DNA from: Candidatus Thorarchaeota archaeon
Lineage (GTDB): Archaea; Asgardarchaeota; Thorarchaeia; Thorarchaeales; Thorarchaeaceae
Direction: 5' to 3'
Length of the DNA stretch: 64,000 bases
Assembly: GCA_029855935.1 (NCBI GenBank)
Contig: JAGSHN010000032.1
Span: 1 to 64,000, forward strand
Notes under the pieces: model-generated
The model's input: the letters and a program-made list of their open reading frames with translations, nothing else
Told to the model about the DNA's origin: nothing
The model's database searches: none
Made by a program: the position numbers and the translations under genes
Shown: positions 57,948 through 64,000 of the stretch, piece by piece
How positions within the stretch are numbered: position 1 is the first letter of the stretch
Layout: each line of letters starts with the position of its first letter

Positions 57948-59192
57948 TCAGGCGGCGTGATCGTCGGTGCTACGGCGGCCTTGGCCAATCTCTCTCTGGA
58001 TTCTCAAGACGGTGTGTGCCACCTTTGAGTAGGCCTCGCCCAGTGTCTTACCCACGCCAAGGACGGTACACACAGGGTCGCCACGCCTGACCACCACACC
58101 TGCGGGCGTTCGGTCTACGGTTCCCTCAAATGCAGACAGGTCAGGGACAGGGCCAGTCCGCCTCGCATAGGCGACTATCTTGGCAACGGGTCTCAGTGGC
58201 AGTCCGGTCACAGGGAGCTCCCCCTCACAGGCCCTAAGGTGCATCGCCATCAGCGACCTGCCCGAGGCCAGCTCAAGCATCTCAAGCGTGCCCGTCACAC
58301 GCGGGTTCACCTCGAGCACCCACGCCTGTCCCTGGTCGTCTACAACGAAGTCGATTCCATTGTAGCCGATCAATCCGAGACCAGTGCAAAGACGTGCCAT
58401 CTGTTCGGAGAGAGAGGCAATATCATCCTCTGTGAGCGGTGACGGCCAGTAGTTACCGCAGTACACAAAGTCACAGTTTCGTCCTGCCAGTGGCATCCCG
58501 ATCAGCTGGCCTTGGATGCTGACCGTGACCGAGTCACGTCCGTCCCCAATCACCGTTGCACTGCAGTCGACGCCGCTGACATACTCCTGTATAAGAAGCG
58601 GCCGAACGCCATCCTCCCTTTGGCGTCGAGAGAACTCTCTGACAAGATGCTTCTCATTGATGGCCACACGAATCCCGCCGCCCCCGCCGGATGTGGGCCG
58701 TCGGATGACGCACGGATAGCCAATTTCTCGACCGGCTACCATCGCTCCCTCTGCAGTCGTCACGAGCCGCTCCGCAGGCATCCTCAGTCCCAGTTCCTCT
58801 GCCAGTCGTCTTACGAGTTCTCTGTCGCGAGCGCGCCTGAAACCGTTCGCATCGTTCCCAAGGAGTCTTGCTCTTGCCTCGAGTCGTTCCACAGCCTCCG
58901 GGTGGTCATCGAAACCGCTTCCCAGCACCAAGTTCCGAATATCCGGATCGAAGTTGCCAACAAAGTTCTCAACGAGAGCGTCATAGACGGGCTGTTCCAA
59001 TGAGGCACGCTGACGCTGTCCAGGTCGCGGATTGAGCACCGCGACCCAACGGTCACAGCAGGAGCTCAGGTCGTCGTCTCCCCAGAAGTCCGAGACGAAG
59101 ACGGTGGCACCTAGCCTCTTGAGCGAACATGCTATCGGACGGGCGTTGAAGCCAACCACTCCGACGCTTCCCTGGAAGGACGGTCTCTCCAT
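57948..59192 (-). CDS. ATP-grasp domain protein (archaeal/methylotroph C1-cofactor-associated type)
   Basis: RPIA.S…DFWGD.DL, GSGF, GGGG, QEYVSG, YCGN, GIDF, LEVNPR, GDPVCTV. Confidence 0.82.
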   Translation of the reverse strand: MERPSFQGSVGVVGFNARPIACSLKRLGATVFVSDFWGDDDLSSCCDRWVAVLNPRPGQRQRASLEQPVYDALVENFVGNFDPDIRNLVLGSGFDDHPEAVERLEARARLLGNDANGFRRARDRELVRRLAEELGLRMPAERLVTTAEGAMVAGREIGYPCVIRRPTSGGGGGIRVAINEKHLVREFSRRQREDGVRPLLIQEYVSGVDCSATVIGDGRDSVTVSIQGQLIGMPLAGRNCDFVYCGNYWPSPLTEDDIASLSEQMARLCTGLGLIGYNGIDFVVDDQGQAWVLEVNPRVTGTLEMLELASGRSLMAMHLRACEGELPVTGLPLRPVAKIVAYARRTGPVPDLSAFEGTVDRTPAGVVVRRGDPVCTVLGVGKTLGEAYSKVAHTVLRIQREIGQGRRSTDDHAA

Positions 59193-59313
59193 CGCTCTGT
59201 CACTAGCCCCGTTTACCTCCAATAAGGCTGTTGCTCGTCGACTATCGCCTTCATCCGCTGCCTGCGTCGCTGTCTCAGTGACCTTTATCTCTCCTCCCTA
59301 CCCGGTGAGGGCT

Positions 59314-59631
59314 ATGAAGAGAGTTCACGAGTCGGAGATTGACCTTGTCAGGGTTGAGGGAACCAGAGGCCACGTGGATGTCTGGGATGCGGTCAGAGGG
59401 CCGATTGTCGCTGGTGTCCGTGAGGTCGCTCCTGAGAGTAGGGTGCCACCAGCGCCTCATCGTCATCCCGAGGCACAGCTCATCTACGTCATATCGGGAG
59501 AGCCGCTGATAACGAACGGTTCCGAGACGCTCCGGCTGAGAGAGGGCGACTTTGTGATACTTGACCCTGATGAGGAGCACTACATCATCACCGATGATGT
59601 CCCGGCCAGGCTGTTCGAGGTTCGATACTGA
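59314..59631 (+). CDS. Cupin domain protein
   Basis: PHRHPEAQ.IYVISG…GDFV….EEH; ATG 59314. Confidence 0.85.
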   Translation: MKRVHESEIDLVRVEGTRGHVDVWDAVRGPIVAGVREVAPESRVPPAPHRHPEAQLIYVISGEPLITNGSETLRLREGDFVILDPDEEHYIITDDVPARLFEVRY

Positions 59632-59750
59632 GGGAGCATACGACGCACCGTGAGGCCTCGTCAGGGCTACGTCGTCGTCTTGGCGGCCCGTGTCTGTGCT
59701 CTCAGGCGAGAGTATGTCATTCACTGTCTTCGGAAGCCTCTTTCTCCAAT

Positions 59751-61343
59751 TCATCCAGCGCGACGCCTTCGTAGGGCCCCAACGACAACTACAACGACGA
59801 CGACAGCAACTGCGACACCGATTGCTATCGCAGGGACAAACGCTGATGCGCCCGTTGCTGTCGTGGACTCGGTTGTCGACGAGGTCGTTTCGTTCGGGGC
59901 GCCTACCACCGTGTAGACAAACCGGGCGTGACTCCAGACGCCATCCTCGTCCCGAACGTACACATCGAGATAATGCTCGCCATTCACAGCCGGTATCGCG
60001 GACGGTTCTGTCGAGTTTGCTCCACCATCCCACGAGAACAGCTTGGCCACCGGGACCCTGCTGAAGTAGATCTCTGGGACCACTCCCGGCCTGACTTGCG
60101 TGTTGTTTGCGTACACGCGCTCCTCTATCTCAATGGGTCCGCGGTCCGGAAGAGAGTAGGTCTCAGCCACGGTGCCGTCCGCCCTGACTGCTGTGAAGTT
60201 GACGCTCTGCGGTGAGACTTCAACGCGGAGATAGTGATAGAACGCGCCGCCCCACGGCGTCTCGTACGGCGGAGCCCCGGCACCGCCTGTGATTATGTGG
60301 ACGACACCGTTGACGGTCAGTCTGTTGTAGAGATGATCGTGGCCGGCGAAGAAGGCAGTCACGTTCGTGTCCTCAAGCAGCTGCTGGAGGTCTGCTCGTT
60401 CGTCCTTGTTCACGTCAAGAGCACTGCCGATGTGTCTGAGCGGGTAGAGCGGTCTGTGGGCAAAGACGAACTTCATTTCCTCAGTGGCCTGTGTCAGATC
60501 GTTGACCAGCCAGTCCCACTGTGGACCTGCTATGCGGCCCTCGTAGGCCTCCTGTTCCGTGTCTAGGAGGATGAAGTGCACACCTGCAAAGTCGAAAGAG
60601 CCGTACGTCTTCGGCTCGTCGGGCATCTCAAAGGCCTCTAGGAAGTACTTGTCGTTACGCACCCCCGTTGGAGTACGGATGTCGTGATTCCCAATCACGC
60701 CGTAGATGGGGACATAGTGACCCAGTCTGTCAGTGATGTTGGTGAAGTGCTCCCAGATGTTCTCGTTAGCCTTGTCGTCTGAGGTCAACGAGTAGACATA
60801 ATCGCCGGTCATCACAACAATGTCGGGGTCTTCTGCTGTCACAAGGTCGATGATCTCCGAGAAGACCTGAGGCTGTGTGGGCGCTGTGTCTTGGCCCGGT
60901 CGATTGTCCCCAAGGACAATCATCTTGAACGGCTGTCCGTCCGGTGGTGCAGTCTTGAAGTTATACGTGTCGCTCTCGGTCCCATTCGAGATGACCTTGT
61001 AGTAGTATCTCGTGCCGGCCTCCAATCCGCTGAGCCAGACACGGTGTTCAGTGACGGTGTCCGTGCTGCTCTCCGCATTGCTGAGGGTATTCTGCGCGAG
61101 GCCGTACTGAACAGTCGAGTTGGTGGGATCGCTTGTCACCCAGTAGATCATTGCTGTACTGTTCGTGACAAAGTTCACCGTGGGGCCTCTCACAACTGTG
61201 GTGCCCGCCGCGGGCTGATGGCTGTCTTGAGGGGCCGGAGCCGTCACGGTATGTGGTTCTGCCAGTGAGAGTGTGACAACGGCCCAGGCGGTCCCCGTGA
61301 GGAGTAGCAATACGACGAACCCTTTCCGCCAGTGAGGAGACAT
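59751..61343 (-). CDS. Secreted, membrane-anchored purple-acid-phosphatase-like metallophosphoesterase with FN3 domain
   Basis: Signal peptide; H.V.LSGL..GTRYYY FN3; GDNR, TGDYV, GNHD, HRP, GHDH motifs; C-terminal TM plus RRRR. Confidence 0.9.
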   Translation of the reverse strand: MSPHWRKGFVVLLLLTGTAWAVVTLSLAEPHTVTAPAPQDSHQPAAGTTVVRGPTVNFVTNSTAMIYWVTSDPTNSTVQYGLAQNTLSNAESSTDTVTEHRVWLSGLEAGTRYYYKVISNGTESDTYNFKTAPPDGQPFKMIVLGDNRPGQDTAPTQPQVFSEIIDLVTAEDPDIVVMTGDYVYSLTSDDKANENIWEHFTNITDRLGHYVPIYGVIGNHDIRTPTGVRNDKYFLEAFEMPDEPKTYGSFDFAGVHFILLDTEQEAYEGRIAGPQWDWLVNDLTQATEEMKFVFAHRPLYPLRHIGSALDVNKDERADLQQLLEDTNVTAFFAGHDHLYNRLTVNGVVHIITGGAGAPPYETPWGGAFYHYLRVEVSPQSVNFTAVRADGTVAETYSLPDRGPIEIEERVYANNTQVRPGVVPEIYFSRVPVAKLFSWDGGANSTEPSAIPAVNGEHYLDVYVRDEDGVWSHARFVYTVVGAPNETTSSTTESTTATGASAFVPAIAIGVAVAVVVVVVVVGALRRRRAG

Positions 61344-61471
61344 GACTGTTCCTCTGTGTCTTGACGCCTATGTTGAAAAGAGTTACGAGACCGCCGACCA
61401 AATGCCAGAGCAGGCGTCACAATCCAAGAGCTTATTGGGTCTGTCGCAAGACTGTCTGAGAGGTCTAGTAG

Positions 61472-63568
61472 ATGAACGAGGAGCGACGACCCAATCGGCT
61501 GGCTGATGAGACCAGTCCGTACCTACTGCAACACGCGTACAATCCTGTGGACTGGTATCCTTGGGGAGAGGAGGCCTTTGAACGAGCGCGGCGCGAGGAC
61601 AAGCCCATCTTCCTGTCGATAGGCTACAGCACGTGTCACTGGTGTCACGTGATGGCACACGAATCCTTCGAGGACGAGGAGGTGGCACGACTGCTCAACG
61701 AGAACTTCGTCTGCATAAAGGTTGATCGCGAGGAGCGTCCGGACGTTGATAGGACATACATTAACATCGCTCAAGCGATGATCGGCCACGCAGGTTGGCC
61801 TCTGACGATCTTCATGACCCCTGACAAGGTGCCCTTCTTTGCGGCCACCTACATCCCCAAGTATCCCTCCCGCGGAAGGCACGGGATGTTGTCTCTCTTG
61901 CCTCTCATCTCGGAGATGTGGCGGACGAGACGTGATGAGATTGAGAGGGTAGGGGAGCAGCTGAAGAGGGCTCTTGCAACGGCTCCCTCTCTAGCGGGAC
62001 GATTGCCCAGTGTTGAGGTCTTTGACGAGGCGTTTCAGGTCTATCTTGATACCTTCGACTCCACGTGGGGTGGTTTTGGAACTGCTCCCAAGTTTCCCGC
62101 ACCTCACAACCTGATGTTCCTGCTCAGACATTGGCGTATCACGGGCGACACTCGTGCGGTCCAGATGGTCGAGCAGACTCTCACGGCAACGCGGAGGGGC
62201 GGTATCTTCGATCAGGTCGGCTTCGGGTTTCACAGGTACTCGACAGACTCCCAGTGGAGACTCCCCCACTTCGAGAAGATGCTGTACGATCAGGCAATGC
62301 ACATCATGGCCTACACCGAGGCCTATCAGGTGACGGGCAAGACGGAGTACGCCAAGACTGTGGCAGAGGTCGTCGAGTACCTGACACGGGACCTGATGAG
62401 TCCTGACGGGGCCTTCTACTCAGCAGAGGATGCGGACTCCGAGGGGCGCGAGGGGGCATTCTACCTGTGGTCGGTTGAGGAACTGTCCGACGTGCTCAGT
62501 CCGGAAGAGCTGAAGGTCGTGACCACAGCCTTCTCTCTATCGGAGGACGGAAACTTCCACGACGAGGCGACTGGACGGCGGACCGGGCTCAACTTGTTGT
62601 ACTGGAGCCTGCCTCCTGACCGCGTGGCCTGGGAGCTGGATATGGATGCCGGGTCTGTGCTTGACATCCTCGAGTCGGCGAGAAGGAAGATGCTTGAGCG
62701 TCGGGCGACGCGTGAGAGGCCGCTTCGCGACGAGAAGATCCTAACCGATTGGAATGGCCTTGTCATTGCTGCTCTCGCCAAGGCTGGCGCCGCAATCAGT
62801 CCAGAGTTTCTGCAGATTGCCGAACGTGCTCTTAGAGCAGTCGTGGAGAGCCTGATGTCGGATGACGGCGAGCTCTATCACAGTAGTGCCCGCGGCTCGC
62901 TTGGCCAGGTCGCCTTCTTAGATGACTACGCGTTCCTGGTTTGGGGGCTACTGGAGCTCTACGAGGCGACATCGGACCCGGGACATCTGCGTCTGGCGCG
63001 TGACCTTCACAACAAGATGCTGGAACTTTTCGAGGACCGGGAGAACGGAGGGCTGTTCTTCTCAGGCGACAGGGCCGAGCAGCTTCTAGTCCGAGACAAG
63101 AGCGCCTATGATGGTGCAATCCCCTCGGGCAACTCTGTCGCTGCCCTGAACAGCGTCCGGCTGTCAAGACTGACCGGGGACCCTGCGCTGGAGGACGGGT
63201 GCCGCAGAATAGTGCAGGCATTCTCCGCAAGCATTGAGAGGAGTCCCACCGCTCACTCGATGATGCTGTGCGCGCTGACCTATCTGAGAGGGCCATCTCA
63301 CGAGCTGGTGATTGTTGGCGATGACTCAGATATCGATGAGATGCTGCGGAGTGTGCGGTCGTGGTTTCTTCCTCACACGGCGCTTGTAGTCAAGACTCCG
63401 CGGAACGTGTCGGCTGGGCTTGAAGAGCTTGCACCGTACACCTCAGAGTATCCGGTGCCCTCGGACGGCCATCCCGTGGCCTATGTCTGTTCAGGGCAGA
63501 CCTGCAGTCCGCCAGTCACTGATGTGGACGAGCTCCGTTCGCTGCTGGACGTGCGTTCTCTCGTCTGA
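61472..63568 (+). CDS. YyaL/SPATA20-family thioredoxin-domain (alpha/alpha)6 protein
   Basis: [49 protein letters not shown]. Confidence 0.95.
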   Translation: MNEERRPNRLADETSPYLLQHAYNPVDWYPWGEEAFERARREDKPIFLSIGYSTCHWCHVMAHESFEDEEVARLLNENFVCIKVDREERPDVDRTYINIAQAMIGHAGWPLTIFMTPDKVPFFAATYIPKYPSRGRHGMLSLLPLISEMWRTRRDEIERVGEQLKRALATAPSLAGRLPSVEVFDEAFQVYLDTFDSTWGGFGTAPKFPAPHNLMFLLRHWRITGDTRAVQMVEQTLTATRRGGIFDQVGFGFHRYSTDSQWRLPHFEKMLYDQAMHIMAYTEAYQVTGKTEYAKTVAEVVEYLTRDLMSPDGAFYSAEDADSEGREGAFYLWSVEELSDVLSPEELKVVTTAFSLSEDGNFHDEATGRRTGLNLLYWSLPPDRVAWELDMDAGSVLDILESARRKMLERRATRERPLRDEKILTDWNGLVIAALAKAGAAISPEFLQIAERALRAVVESLMSDDGELYHSSARGSLGQVAFLDDYAFLVWGLLELYEATSDPGHLRLARDLHNKMLELFEDRENGGLFFSGDRAEQLLVRDKSAYDGAIPSGNSVAALNSVRLSRLTGDPALEDGCRRIVQAFSASIERSPTAHSMMLCALTYLRGPSHELVIVGDDSDIDEMLRSVRSWFLPHTALVVKTPRNVSAGLEELAPYTSEYPVPSDGHPVAYVCSGQTCSPPVTDVDELRSLLDVRSLV

Positions 63569-63647
63569 CCTCCCGCGAACCGTCGACAGACAATCTTTAT
63601 ACCCACCCTTGTATGGTTGATATTAGGCACCTGTCTGAGGGAAAGAG

Positions 63648-64000
63648 ATGCCGGACGATAGGCTTACTGACCAGGAGAAGACCGAGGTTCTTGAGTCACT
63701 TGACAAGGCCCAGCTGAGTGATGACGAGGTACGACAACTGGTGGAGGCGCACGCTCTCGAGGGAGTGGAGCCCATAGACTCAGAGGAGGACCTAATCTCT
63801 GCTGCAGCCGAGGCTCTTGAGTTCGTGGAGTCGCTCGACACAACAGAGACTCCGGCAGAGGCTGCGGCAGCCGAGGATGCAATGGCGGGCTTTGATGGCC
63901 TGCTTCGCCGGCTTGAGAACCTGAGGACAGAGATCGCCTCTCTTCAGCGTGGCGTGGTCGGTGTCTTCGCTGCACAGCTCCTGACATTCCGTGGAAAGGT
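63648..64000 (+). CDS. Acidic coiled-coil protein, 5' part (runs off window)
   Basis: ATG 63648 opens MPDDRLTDQEKTEVLESL…LRRLENLRTEIASLQRG… with no stop before the window end. Confidence 0.7.
   Translation, partial: MPDDRLTDQEKTEVLESLDKAQLSDDEVRQLVEAHALEGVEPIDSEEDLISAAAEALEFVESLDTTETPAEAAAAEDAMAGFDGLLRRLENLRTEIASLQRGVVGVFAAQLLTFRGK

Noticed and set aside
59775-59820. ACG/ACA-type trinucleotide run resembling a simple repeat
   Set aside because: It encodes the poly-Val TM anchor of the phosphatase on the minus strand
1-64000. CRISPR arrays, tRNA/rRNA genes, selenoprotein TGA read-through
   Set aside because: None seen by eye; redox motifs in PDO, thioredoxin and DsrE all use Cys codons. tRNAscan/Infernal would be needed to exclude small RNAs

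Overview
Gene-dense, GC-rich archaeal window, most consistent with an Asgard archaeon of the Thorarchaeia type. That assignment is inferred from three Rab/Ras-like small GTPases, a profilin-like protein, a 22-aa-repeat LRR protein, a Sulfolobus-type geranylgeranyl reductase and a LipS2/split lipoate ligase set. Most of the window is housekeeping: redox and sulfur-relay genes, a peptidase cluster (TldD/PmbA, M32, M3B, isoaspartyl peptidase), pstSCAB-phoU, GH116, a purple acid phosphatase and YyaL. The standout accessory element is an ~11.5 kb minus-strand defence locus (6262-17712). It is a BREX-related 'restriction-like' DUF499 ATPase / small accessory protein / DUF1156 methyltransferase / SNF2-DUF3883 helicase-nuclease system, unusual in carrying two full-length paralogous DUF1156 methyltransferases that differ in their putative target-recognition segments. 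Two genes appear to need non-canonical start codons (CTG, ATT). No rRNA, tRNA, CRISPR array, integrase or transposase was recognised. All family calls come from motif recognition by eye, not database searches.
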